DNA of 64,000 nt, from positions 31,763 to 95,762 of the forward strand of contig DATAUC010000062.1 in NCBI GenBank assembly GCA_036268485.1. Direction: 5' to 3'. Shown here piece by piece: positions 43,918 to 53,283 of the stretch. The translations under genes were made by a program, and so were the position numbers. Every line of letters starts with the position of its first letter. Positions within the stretch are counted from its first letter, which is position 1. Source of the DNA: Acidimicrobiales bacterium (GTDB lineage: Bacteria > Actinomycetota > Acidimicrobiia > Acidimicrobiales > RAAP-2). Under the pieces are notes generated by a model. It made no database searches, was not told the origin of the DNA, and saw only the letters and a list, made by a program, of their open reading frames with translations.

Positions 43918-44961
43918 GTGGCATTGGACGTCCCGTCCCCTGCGTCGGGCGCCTCACCCCCTGAAGACGGCGGCGTGCACGAAGGGTACGGGCTAGCCCG
44001 TCCGGTCGGCGACGCCTCGCCGATGGCCGAGCGGGCCGCCGAGTTGAACGACCGCGAGGTGCGCGAGCACAAGGTCACCCGCGTGGTCTCGCCGACCATC
44101 AACGTCCGCCAGCGCCTGCGCGAGATCTGGCTGTCGCGCGAGCTGCTGGTGTACCTGGTGCGCACCGAGATAAAGGTGAAGTACAAGAACTCGGTGCTCG
44201 GCCTGGTGTGGTCGATGATCGCGCCGGCCATGACGCTGGCTATCTACTTCATCGTCTTCCAGTACATCTCGAAGAACGGGATCCCGCACTTCGTGATCTT
44301 CCTGTTCTCTGGATTGCTGATCTGGAACCTCTTCCAGGTGGGTGTGCAGACAGCCACCGGCGTGGTGGTCAACAACGCCGGGATCGTCAAGAAGGTGTCG
44401 TTCCCGCGCGAGATCCTGGCCCTGGCCTCCATCGGTTCGGCCGGCGTGTTCTTCTTCTTCCAGTCGATCGTCATGTTGATCTTCCTGGTGGTGTTCCATT
44501 CGGCCCCGGCCTGGAACTACCTCCCCCTGCTGCCCCTGGCTCTGCTGGCGGCCGTGGTATTGGCCTCGGGGCTGGCCGTCCTGCTCTCGGCCGTCAACGT
44601 GTATCTGCGCGATACCCAGCACCTCATTGAGGTTGTGCTCACCGCCTGGTTCTGGGCCTGTCCGATCGTCTACTCGTTCCAGAACCAGCTGGCCCTGAAA
44701 TTAAGGGGGCACGGGCTCACGGTGCTGTACTTCTTGAATCCTCTGACCCCACTCGTCCTGAGTTTCCAGAGGGTCCTGTACGCGCATGTGACGGTCACGT
44801 CAACGGTGCCGCACCAGGGGACGATCCATGTCCTGACCTCACACGGCCTCGGTTGGTATGCCGCTCTGGACACGGGTGTCCTGGCCGCCGGCGTCGTCCT
44901 CTTCCTCTTCGCCCTCGTCGTCTTCGGCCGGCTCGAGGGGAACTTCGCCGAGGAGCTCTAG
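43918..44961 (+). CDS. wzm: ABC-2 type polysaccharide export permease (Wzm/TagG-like)
   Basis: It contains RELLVYLVRTEIKVKYKNSVLGLVW and six hydrophobic helices. The GTG start at 43918 comes 2 nt after the clpP stop. An alternative start is the ATG at 44023. Confidence 0.8.
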   Translation: MALDVPSPASGASPPEDGGVHEGYGLARPVGDASPMAERAAELNDREVREHKVTRVVSPTINVRQRLREIWLSRELLVYLVRTEIKVKYKNSVLGLVWSMIAPAMTLAIYFIVFQYISKNGIPHFVIFLFSGLLIWNLFQVGVQTATGVVVNNAGIVKKVSFPREILALASIGSAGVFFFFQSIVMLIFLVVFHSAPAWNYLPLLPLALLAAVVLASGLAVLLSAVNVYLRDTQHLIEVVLTAWFWACPIVYSFQNQLALKLRGHGLTVLYFLNPLTPLVLSFQRVLYAHVTVTSTVPHQGTIHVLTSHGLGWYAALDTGVLAAGVVLFLFALVVFGRLEGNFAEEL

Positions 44962-44963
44962 CG

Positions 44964-46250
44964 GTGAGTGAATTCGCGGTCGACGTCAAGGACGTGTCCA
45001 AGCGTTTCCGCTTGTCACACGGCAAGTACAACTCGCTCAAGGAGCGTCTCATCCACGCCGGCCGCGGCCCGTCGGAGGACTTCTGGGCGCTCAACAACGT
45101 CTCGGTCCAGGTGCGCGAGGGCGAGACGGTCGGCATTCTGGGTCGCAACGGCTCGGGCAAGTCCACCCTGCTCAAGTGCATCTGCGGCGTCCTCCAACCG
45201 ACATCGGGCGAAATCGTCGTGCGGGGCAAGCTGGCCGGACTGCTGGAACTGGGCGCCGGCTTTCAGCAGGACCTGACCGGCCGGGAGAACATCTATCTGA
45301 ACGGGTCCATGTTGGGCATGTCCAAGAAGGACGTGGACAAGGTGTTCGACGCCATCGTCGACTTCTCCGAGCTGGAGGAGTTCATCGACGGCCCGGTCAA
45401 GTTCTATTCATCGGGCATGTACGTGCGCCTTGGTTTTGCCGTGGCTGTCAACGTCGACCCCGACATCCTGGTCATTGACGAGGTGCTGGCCGTGGGCGAC
45501 GAGCGCTTCCAGCGCAAGTGCATCGACCGGGTGAAGCTGTTCCAGCAGCAGGGACGCACCATCCTCCTGGTCACCCACTCGCCGGACCAGGTGCGGGCCA
45601 TCTGCGACCGGGCCGTGGTGCTGAGCCACGGCGACAAGGTGGGCGAGGGGCCGCCGGGCCAAGCCGTTCGCTTGTTCCGCGAGGGCCTGCTCGAGGAGGG
45701 CGGCACGCTGATCGTCCCCGAGGACAATGCCGAGCCCCGCTCGTCGCCCATTGCGGTCGACATCCCCGACGTCGATCACCCGGTCCGGATCACCTATGCC
45801 GCGCACTCCTTCACGGGATCCGAGGAGCGGCCCTACATGACGACCGGCGACAATCTGACCATCGGTATCGGCTACCACGCCTCCATCGCCACCGACGATG
45901 TCGTGTTCTCCATTGAGCTGCGCGACTCGGACGACAACGCTTTCATGCGCACCGACACCGACATCATGGGCCAGCACTTCGACCTGCCGGTCGGCCCGGG
46001 CCTGGTGAATTTCCTCATCAACGACGTCCCCATGCTGGACGGGTCCTTCACCTATTCCATCGGCGTGCTGAGCCGGGGCGGCGTGCTCTACGACTGGCGC
46101 GAGCCGGCCGGTACCTTCGAGGTCATGAATCCGGGTCGTTCGACCGGGTTCATCAAGCTGGACGTCTCAGCCTGGCTTCTGCCGCCCGAGCCCGATTCGA
46201 TCGCCAAGATGGCCCCCGAAGAGCTCGTCAACCTGCGGCCCCCGGCCTAA
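44964..46250 (+). CDS. wzt: polysaccharide ABC transporter ATP-binding protein with a C-terminal Wzt-type domain
   Basis: The GTG start is at 44964. It has Walker A (GRNGSGKST), the signature YSSGM, and Walker B (ILVIDE). About 170 extra C-terminal residues are beta-rich (FSIELRDSDDNAF...FEVMNPG). Confidence 0.8.
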   Translation: MSEFAVDVKDVSKRFRLSHGKYNSLKERLIHAGRGPSEDFWALNNVSVQVREGETVGILGRNGSGKSTLLKCICGVLQPTSGEIVVRGKLAGLLELGAGFQQDLTGRENIYLNGSMLGMSKKDVDKVFDAIVDFSELEEFIDGPVKFYSSGMYVRLGFAVAVNVDPDILVIDEVLAVGDERFQRKCIDRVKLFQQQGRTILLVTHSPDQVRAICDRAVVLSHGDKVGEGPPGQAVRLFREGLLEEGGTLIVPEDNAEPRSSPIAVDIPDVDHPVRITYAAHSFTGSEERPYMTTGDNLTIGIGYHASIATDDVVFSIELRDSDDNAFMRTDTDIMGQHFDLPVGPGLVNFLINDVPMLDGSFTYSIGVLSRGGVLYDWREPAGTFEVMNPGRSTGFIKLDVSAWLLPPEPDSIAKMAPEELVNLRPPA

Positions 46251-46254
46251 CCAC

Positions 46255-47265
46255 ATGGCCGACGTGGAGACCACCGCGGTGCCGGACCCCCAGGCCTACC
46301 TGGCTCAGGTCATGGCCGAGATTGAAGAGGACGTACGGGTTCGCCGGGCGTCGGGCGATCTCCCGCCCAAACTCGAGCGCGAACTGGATGAGCTGTTCCT
46401 GGCCCACTCGCCCGTGGCCGGCCGGGGTGGCGATCTCACCGAAGCGCTGCGCATGGTCGACGCCGCCACCTTTGTCGATCCGGTGGTGCCGGTCGGCTCC
46501 AACCGGGCGGCCGGCGCGGTCGTCAAGAAGGGCATGCGCTCGCTGCTGCTCTGGTACATCGGATGGATCACGCACCAGGTCAGCCAATTCGCCTCCGCCG
46601 TCAGCCGGACACTGCACATTGTGGAAGGTCGGCTCAAGGAACTCGAACGCAAGGTCGAGGTGCAACGGGTCCCCAACGCCGGCGTGGTGGAGTTCGCCGC
46701 GTTGACCGGGCCCGAGGCCTGGTGGGTGCAGCCGGTAGTGGCCGCGGTGGCCGGCGTGCCCGGCCGCATCGTGCACTCGGCCTGCGGCGACGGCTGGCTG
46801 GTGCAGCGCATAGCGGCGGCGGGCGGTGACGCCTATGGCGTCGATCCCCGGCCGTCCCTGATTGAGCGGGGCATTCTGGGCAGCACCGACCTGCGCGGCG
46901 AAGACCTGGCCGATCACCTGCGGGCCGTGGCCCCGGCCGGCCTGGGCGCCATCGTGCTCACCGGAGTGGTCGACGGCATGGGCAGTGGCGAACGCGAGCA
47001 GTTGCTCCATCTGGTGGCCACCACGTTGGCGCCCGGCGGCCTGCTCGTGGTCCATTCGGTCAGCCCCGCTCGGTGGACGGCGCCGGACGCACCCTTCGAG
47101 GCCGATCTGGCGCCCGGCCATCCGCTGCGGGCCCAGACCTGGCAGCACCTGCTGGAGGGTCGCGGCTACGGCGTCACGCTGGCCGAGGGTCCCGACGGCG
47201 GCGACTACGTGGTGACGGCCGTGCGTGCCACCGTGCCCCCTCTCGAACCGACCTCGACCCGGTGA
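46255..47265 (+). CDS. coiled-coil protein with a class I methyltransferase-like C-terminal domain
   Basis: It contains EGRLKELERKVE, then IVHSACGDGWLVQRI...GGLLVVHSV. It is a paralogue of 49612..50574. Confidence 0.55.
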   Translation: MADVETTAVPDPQAYLAQVMAEIEEDVRVRRASGDLPPKLERELDELFLAHSPVAGRGGDLTEALRMVDAATFVDPVVPVGSNRAAGAVVKKGMRSLLLWYIGWITHQVSQFASAVSRTLHIVEGRLKELERKVEVQRVPNAGVVEFAALTGPEAWWVQPVVAAVAGVPGRIVHSACGDGWLVQRIAAAGGDAYGVDPRPSLIERGILGSTDLRGEDLADHLRAVAPAGLGAIVLTGVVDGMGSGEREQLLHLVATTLAPGGLLVVHSVSPARWTAPDAPFEADLAPGHPLRAQTWQHLLEGRGYGVTLAEGPDGGDYVVTAVRATVPPLEPTSTR

Positions 47266-48380
47266 GTCCCACCGCCGGACCGCAGGGTCCGCCGGTGGCC
47301 GTCCATCAGTTCGTCCCCACCTTGAACCCGCGGGATGCCACCGGTTCCCACACCCTCATGCTGCGGGACATCCTGCGGGCAGCCGGATGGCGCTCGGAGA
47401 TCTTCGCCGAGGCCATTCACGATGACCTGGCGGACCAGGCCTTCAAGCACTGGATGTACCCGGATCACGCGGCCGCCGGGGACGTGGCCATTTACCAGTT
47501 CTCCACCTCCTCGGCGGTGGCCGGCTATCTGGCCGAACGCGAGGTGCCCCTCATCGTGAACTTCCACAATTTCACCGGTCCGAACTTCTTTGCCGGGTGG
47601 GAACCGCGTACCGAGCAGCGAGCCGCGTTGGCCGCGGCCGAGCTGGCGTTGCTGGCCCCTCGAGCCGAGTTGGGCATTGCCGACAGCGAGTACAACGCGC
47701 GCGATCTCCGCCGGGCCGGCTGCCGCCGCACGACGGTGATCCCGGTCCTGGCTGACTACGGCCGGTTGCGGACTGCACCCGATCCCCGGGTGGCCGCCGC
47801 CCTGGCGGCCGACAAGGCACGGGGCGGGATCGACCTACTCTTCGTTGGCCGGGTGGTGCCCTCCAAGGCGCAGCACGAACTGGTCGAGGCGTTGTGGGCC
47901 ATCCGGCGGCTCTACGACCCGGCGGCCCGGCTGCACATCGTCGGCGGCACGTCGAGCTTCGAGTACGTCAAGGCGTTGCGCAGCTTCATTGCCGACCTCG
48001 ACCTGACCGGGGCCGTGCGCCTCACGGGCGAGGTGTCCGACGCCGCCTTGGCCGCCTACTTCGACGGGGCCGACACCTACCTGTCGCTCTCGGCCCATGA
48101 AGGCTTCGGCGTCCCTTTGGCCGAAGCCATGGCGGCCGGGGTCCCGGTGGTGGCTCGTCAGGCCGGCGCCGTGGCCGCCACGGTGGGTTCGGCGGCCCTG
48201 CTGCTCAGCGGGGACGACCCGTCCTATGTGGCCGCCGCGGTGGATCGGGTCTGTCGCGACGCCACGCTGCGCCAGTATCTCGTGGCCGCCGGTCGGCAGC
48301 GGGCGGCCGAACTCTCGGGTGATGCCGTGGCGCGCTCAATGGTGGAGGCGGTGGCTTCGGTGGCCGGGGAGCCCCGATGA
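47262..48380 (+). CDS. GT4-family glycosyltransferase (HQFVP subfamily)
   Basis: The GTG start at 47262 overlaps the upstream TGA. It has VAVHQFVPTLNPRDATGSHT at the N-terminus and SAHEGFGVPLAEAMAAGVPVV. Confidence 0.75.
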   Translation: MSPTAGPQGPPVAVHQFVPTLNPRDATGSHTLMLRDILRAAGWRSEIFAEAIHDDLADQAFKHWMYPDHAAAGDVAIYQFSTSSAVAGYLAEREVPLIVNFHNFTGPNFFAGWEPRTEQRAALAAAELALLAPRAELGIADSEYNARDLRRAGCRRTTVIPVLADYGRLRTAPDPRVAAALAADKARGGIDLLFVGRVVPSKAQHELVEALWAIRRLYDPAARLHIVGGTSSFEYVKALRSFIADLDLTGAVRLTGEVSDAALAAYFDGADTYLSLSAHEGFGVPLAEAMAAGVPVVARQAGAVAATVGSAALLLSGDDPSYVAAAVDRVCRDATLRQYLVAAGRQRAAELSGDAVARSMVEAVASVAGEPR

Positions 48381-49576
48381 AGGTCGCCTTCGTGACGCCG
48401 CGTTACGGGCCTCAGGTCATGGGGGGCGCCGAAACGGCGGCCCGCCAGCTGGCCGAGCACCTGGTGGCCGACACCGACTGGGAGGCGGAGGCCTATTCGA
48501 CCTGTGCCCTCGACCCGCACACCTGGGCCGACGAGCTGGAGCCCGGGGGCTCGGAGATCAACGGCGTGCCGGTGCACCGCTTTGCCTCCGCCCACGGCCG
48601 CCTGCCCGATTTCTACGGGCTCGACGGCCGGGTCCGCCTGGCTCCGCAACTGGCTACCCGGGACGAAGGCCGGCGCTGGGTTGACTACAACGGACCCGTG
48701 TCGCCCGACCTCATAGAGGCGGTGGTGGCCTCCGACGCCGACGTCATCGCCTTCTATCCCTACCTGTACCACCCGACGGTGGCGGCGATCGGGCGGGTGC
48801 GGGTGCCCGCCGTGCTGCACCCGGCCGCCCACGATGAGCCCTGCCTGTACCTGCCGGTGTTCCGGGGGACCTTCGGCGACGCCGACGCCTTCTGCTTCCA
48901 CACGGCGGCCGAGCGCGAGTTGGTGGAGCGCACCTACCCGGTGGCCGAGAAGCCACAGATGGTGCTGGGTCTGGGCGTCGGCCAGTCGGCCGGAGCCGGC
49001 CGACGGGGTGCCGACGTCTTGGGTCTGGGCGATCGTCCCTACATCGTCAGCGTGGGTCGGGTCGACGAGCACAAGGGTTCGAAGATGCTGGCCGAGTTCT
49101 TCGCCGCCTACAAGGAGCGGCACCCCGGGCCCTTGGCTATGGCCCTGGTGGGTCCGGTCTCGGTGCAGCTCGATCCGCACCCCGACATTGTGGTGACCGG
49201 CATTGTCGACGAGGCCGACAAGTGGGACATCGTGCGCGACGCCCTGGTCGCCGTGTCGCCTTCGGCTCTGGAGTCGTTCTCACTGGTCGTGCTGGAGGCC
49301 TGGGTCGATGAGGTGCCGGTGGTGGTCAACGGCACCTGTGGCCCCACCCGCGAGCATTGCGAGCGTTCGGGAGGCGGAGTGTGGTTCACGTCGTACCCCG
49401 AGTTTGAGGCTGCCATCATCCGGCTCGTCGGCGACCCCGACCTGCGGGCCACGCTCGGCCGCAACGGCCGGGCCTACGTGGACCGCTTCTACCAGTGGCC
49501 CGTCCTGATCCATCGCTACGTCGATTTCTTGGAGACCGTGGTGGCCCGGGGCCGCGGCACGCCGGGCCTTCTCTGA
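48377..49576 (+). CDS. GT4-family glycosyltransferase
   Basis: The N-terminus MKVAFVTPRYGPQVMGGAETAAR is a paralogue of the one at 30090..31274. It also has ESFSLVVLEAWVDEVPVVV. Confidence 0.75.
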   Translation: MKVAFVTPRYGPQVMGGAETAARQLAEHLVADTDWEAEAYSTCALDPHTWADELEPGGSEINGVPVHRFASAHGRLPDFYGLDGRVRLAPQLATRDEGRRWVDYNGPVSPDLIEAVVASDADVIAFYPYLYHPTVAAIGRVRVPAVLHPAAHDEPCLYLPVFRGTFGDADAFCFHTAAERELVERTYPVAEKPQMVLGLGVGQSAGAGRRGADVLGLGDRPYIVSVGRVDEHKGSKMLAEFFAAYKERHPGPLAMALVGPVSVQLDPHPDIVVTGIVDEADKWDIVRDALVAVSPSALESFSLVVLEAWVDEVPVVVNGTCGPTREHCERSGGGVWFTSYPEFEAAIIRLVGDPDLRATLGRNGRAYVDRFYQWPVLIHRYVDFLETVVARGRGTPGLL

Positions 49577-49611
49577 TCCCTGGGGTGCCGCAGGCCCGAC
49601 CAGTAGCATCG

Positions 49612-50574
49612 ATGGGCGTGTCGGACGATCACCCCAGCGCGGACGAGCTCAGCGCGGGACAGGCCGCCGCCGCCGATGCACTGGCGGACGCCTTCGACCG
49701 CCTGGCGCCGCAGGGGAGCGATCCGTGGAATTTTCTGGCCGCCTTCACCCACCTGGGCAACCGCTTCGGGCCCTATCAGCCGGGCGGGCCGGGATCCTCT
49801 GATCTCCTCATCCCGGGCGAAGCCACGGCGACCGGCGGCTCCCGGTTGCGGCGGATCCGCCAACGGATCGACGGTTCGGGCTCCGGCGCGGACGAGACCA
49901 ACGAGTTCGACCAAGCCATGGCCCATGTGGTCGAAGCCTTCCGCTTTCTCTCGGCCCGGGTACGGACCCTGGAGGAGCGATTGGCCCGTCAGGACGCCCC
50001 GCTCCACGGCCCGGCCTGGCTGATCCCGGCCCAAGAGCTCGGCGACTGGGTGTCATCGGTGGCCGGACATGTCCTGGCCACCACACCGGGAGGAGAGATC
50101 TGGCACGCCGACTGCGGCGAAGGTGCGCTGCTGGGTGCGTTCGAAGAGGGTGGCGTGATGGCACGCGGGAACGAGCCCCGGGGAGCGGTGGCCCTACGCG
50201 CGCTGGAGGAGGGCCGCCACGTTGTCATGGCCGAGGCCATTGAGGCCCTCTCCGCTCGCCCGGCGGCGTCACTGGGCGGCCTGGTGCTCAGCGGCGTGGT
50301 GGACCGCCTGCCCCTGCATGGGCTGATCAATCTGCTCGGACAGGCGCGACGGACATTGGCACTGGGGGCGCCCCTGGTCGTGTTGGCCACCGACCCCGAC
50401 TCCGCCAGCCACCAACCCAGCACCGTCGCCCGTGAGCTTTTGCAGCCGCATTCCCTGCACGAAGCGACCTGGGAGGTGCTGCTGGACCGGGCCGGCTTTG
50501 TCGCCGTGGCCCCCCTGCTCGGTCCGCACGACGAGCACTCGCGCTTCGCCGTGGTGGCATCGACACCTACGTGA
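49612..50574 (+). CDS. coiled-coil protein with a class I methyltransferase-like C-terminal domain (paralogue)
   Basis: The ATG at 49612 lies within ORF 49495..50574. It contains RVRTLEERLARQ, then IWHADCGEGALLGAF...GAPLVVLATD. Confidence 0.5.
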   Translation: MGVSDDHPSADELSAGQAAAADALADAFDRLAPQGSDPWNFLAAFTHLGNRFGPYQPGGPGSSDLLIPGEATATGGSRLRRIRQRIDGSGSGADETNEFDQAMAHVVEAFRFLSARVRTLEERLARQDAPLHGPAWLIPAQELGDWVSSVAGHVLATTPGGEIWHADCGEGALLGAFEEGGVMARGNEPRGAVALRALEEGRHVVMAEAIEALSARPAASLGGLVLSGVVDRLPLHGLINLLGQARRTLALGAPLVVLATDPDSASHQPSTVARELLQPHSLHEATWEVLLDRAGFVAVAPLLGPHDEHSRFAVVASTPT

Positions 50575-51644
50575 GCGGCATCCATCATTTCGTCCCCGTC
50601 GTACACCGCGGTGACGCCGTGGGCCGTCACACCTTGCGGCTGCGCGATGCGGCCCGGGCCCGGGGATTCAGCTCGAGCATTTACGTGGACACCATGGAGC
50701 CCGATACCGCCGATGAGACGCTCCCGGTCGCCGACTATGTGACTCAGGCGCAACGGGGCGACGTGCTGGTCTACCAATTCGCCACCGCCTCCTACATGGC
50801 GCCGTGGTTGGCGGCGCGCCCCGAGACCCTCGTCGTCAACTACCACAACATCACTCCGCCGTCCTTGTGGGCGGCCTGGGACAACCACGTAGCTCTGGGT
50901 CAGGTGCGGGCACAGCGCGAGCTGACCCTGCTCGTCCCGCGGGCGTCGTTGGCCCTTGCCGACTCGGTCTACAACCAGGGACATCTAGATGAGGCCGGCT
51001 TCGTCCGCACCGACGTGGTGCCGCCTTCGGCCGCCCTCGATCCGGCGCTCATCGGCGCCGACCGAGATGCCTCTGGCCGCGCTCCCCTCGATGGGGCCCG
51101 CTGGCTGAGTGTGGGGCGGGTGGCGCCCAACAAGGCCATTGAGGACACCATCGCGGCCCTCATGGTCACCCGGGCCCACCATGACCCGGAGGCCACCTTG
51201 TTGGTGGTGGGCAAGCCGGCTGCCGCTTCGTATGACGCCGCCCTGCACCGCTACGTGGCCGATCTCGGACTGAGCGACGCCGTCACCTTCGCTGGCCATG
51301 CCAGCGATGCCACGGTGGCGGCCGCCTATGCCGCGGCCGACGTGCTGGTGGTGACCTCGGAGCATGAAGGCTTCTGTGTGCCGGTCACCGAAGCCATGGC
51401 CATTGGCTTGCCGGTCGTCGCCTTCGCCCAGGGTGCCTTGCCCGAAGTACTTGGCAATGCCGGCGTCATGGTCGACTCCAAGGATCCCTACGTGCTGGCC
51501 TCGACAGTGGCTGCGCTCCTGGCCGACGGGCCCAAGCGCGAGCGTCTGGCCCAGGCCGGCCGGGACAGACTCAGTGCACTGGGACTGGCCCAGGCCGCCG
51601 ATCGGTTCATCGAGCTGGTGCAGACCGTCATGGTGCCCTCATGA
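50571..51644 (+). CDS. GT4-family glycosyltransferase (HQFVP subfamily)
   Basis: It has MSGIHHFVPVVHRGDAVGRHT and SEHEGFCVPVTEAMAIGLPVV. There are 4-nt overlaps at both ends. Confidence 0.75.
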   Translation: MSGIHHFVPVVHRGDAVGRHTLRLRDAARARGFSSSIYVDTMEPDTADETLPVADYVTQAQRGDVLVYQFATASYMAPWLAARPETLVVNYHNITPPSLWAAWDNHVALGQVRAQRELTLLVPRASLALADSVYNQGHLDEAGFVRTDVVPPSAALDPALIGADRDASGRAPLDGARWLSVGRVAPNKAIEDTIAALMVTRAHHDPEATLLVVGKPAAASYDAALHRYVADLGLSDAVTFAGHASDATVAAAYAAADVLVVTSEHEGFCVPVTEAMAIGLPVVAFAQGALPEVLGNAGVMVDSKDPYVLASTVAALLADGPKRERLAQAGRDRLSALGLAQAADRFIELVQTVMVPS

Positions 51645-52699
51645 GCGGGGTGCACCAGTTCGTGCCCATGTTGCACCGGGGCGATGCCGTCGGCCAGCAC
51701 ACGCGTCGGGTGCGCGATCTGCTGGTGGGGCGTGGCATCGAATCCCGAATATACGTAGAGTTGATCGATCCCGACACGGCGGACGAGTCGGTGCCGGCCT
51801 CGACCTATGCGCTCCAGAGCGACCCGGGCGATGTCCTGCTCTACCAGCTGGCCACGGCATCGGATCTGGCGCCCTGGTTGGCGGCACGGCCCGAGACGCT
51901 CGTGGTGAATTACCACAACATCACCCCGCCCGAACTCTTCGCGGCGTGGGACAACGCGCTGGCCCGGCATCAGGTGCGGGCTCGGGCCGAGCTGTCGATG
52001 CTGGCCTCCCGCACCCGTTTGGCCGTGGCCGTGTCGGGCTACAACGAGGCCGAGCTGACGACCGCGGGTTACCGACAGACGGCTGTCGTGCCACCGGCGG
52101 CGCTGGTGGCGGAGGGTGGAGGCGTCAATGTCCGACTCTCTGATCGGAGCGAGGCCGGGCAGCGCTGGCTCAGCGTGGGGCGGATGGCCCCTAACAAGGC
52201 CCTGCACGATGCCTTGCGGGCTCTGCTCATCACCCGAGCCCATGTCGATCCCGACGCCACTCTGGAAATCGTGGGCCAGTCCGTGGTGCCCAGTTACACC
52301 GACGCGTTGCACCGGTTCGTGTGGGAAACCGGGCTGGGCGACGCGGTGACGTTCCGCGGCCATGTCAGCGACGCCGAGCTGGCCGACGCGTTCCGCCGGT
52401 CGGACGTGCTCGTAGTGACGTCGGCCCATGAAGGGTTCGGGGTGCCGGTCATCGAGGCCATGACGGCCGGCCTGCCGGTGGTGGCCAACCGCAGCGGTGC
52501 GTTGCCCGAAGTGGTGGGCGAGGGAGGGGTAGTGGTCGACACCACGAATCCGTGGGTTGTGGCCGAAACGATTGCCGCCGTGCTGAGCGACCCCGGCCGT
52601 CACGACGTTCTGGTGGCGGCCGGGCGGGTGCGCGCCCAGGTGCTCGACCTGCTGGGAGCGGGCGACCGTCTGGTCGACCTGGTCTGCGCGCTCCGTTAG
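51641..52699 (+). CDS. GT4-family glycosyltransferase (HQFVP subfamily)
   Basis: It has MSGVHQFVPMLHRGDAVGQHT and SAHEGFGVPVIEAMTAGLPVV. Confidence 0.75.
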   Translation: MSGVHQFVPMLHRGDAVGQHTRRVRDLLVGRGIESRIYVELIDPDTADESVPASTYALQSDPGDVLLYQLATASDLAPWLAARPETLVVNYHNITPPELFAAWDNALARHQVRARAELSMLASRTRLAVAVSGYNEAELTTAGYRQTAVVPPAALVAEGGGVNVRLSDRSEAGQRWLSVGRMAPNKALHDALRALLITRAHVDPDATLEIVGQSVVPSYTDALHRFVWETGLGDAVTFRGHVSDAELADAFRRSDVLVVTSAHEGFGVPVIEAMTAGLPVVANRSGALPEVVGEGGVVVDTTNPWVVAETIAAVLSDPGRHDVLVAAGRVRAQVLDLLGAGDRLVDLVCALR

Positions 52700-52713
52700 A
52701 GCGAACGTTCAGA

Positions 52714-53283
52714 TCAGGTGGTGACCTTGAGCAGGTCGATCACGAAGACCAGCGTGTCATTGGCGGAAATGCCGGCTCCGGGTGAGTTGGCGCCGTAGCC
52801 CAGGTTGGGTGGGATGATCAGCTCGCGCCGTCCGCCAACCTGCATGCCGACCACGCCGGCATCCCAGCCGGGGATGACCTGACCGGCGCCGAGGGTGAAG
52901 GAGAAGGGCTGGCTGGTCCACGACGACTGGATGACCTGACCCGAGGAGTAGGTGGCCAGGACGTACTGGACGGTGACGTTGTCGCCCGACTTGGCGGTGG
53001 CGCCGTTGCCGGGGATGAGGTCAGCGCTCTCGAGCTTGGTCGGGGGAGCACCGGAGGGGACGACCACGGTGGGTGCGGTGCCCGAGGTGCCGGGTTGGGA
53101 TCGATCGTTCGCTGGAATAGACGCCAGTGTAGGGGAGCCTCCGCTGCCGGTGGCCGGAGCCGCCGTGGTGGACGTGGTTGCCGTGCTGGCCGCCGGGGTG
53201 GCATTGCCACAGGCGGTCAAGGCCAACGCGGCAACGGGGAATATCACCAGGGGCAGGAGTCGGGAGTGGCGTCGGATGTTCAC
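52714..53283 (-). CDS. FKBP-type peptidyl-prolyl isomerase lipoprotein
   Basis: The GTG start at 53283 overlaps the upstream TGA. The signal peptide has the lipobox LALTAC. The FKBP core is GDNVTVQY...GQVIPGWD...GMQVGGRRELIIPPNLGYG. Confidence 0.8.
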   Translation of the reverse strand: MNIRRHSRLLPLVIFPVAALALTACGNATPAASTATTSTTAAPATGSGGSPTLASIPANDRSQPGTSGTAPTVVVPSGAPPTKLESADLIPGNGATAKSGDNVTVQYVLATYSSGQVIQSSWTSQPFSFTLGAGQVIPGWDAGVVGMQVGGRRELIIPPNLGYGANSPGAGISANDTLVFVIDLLKVTT

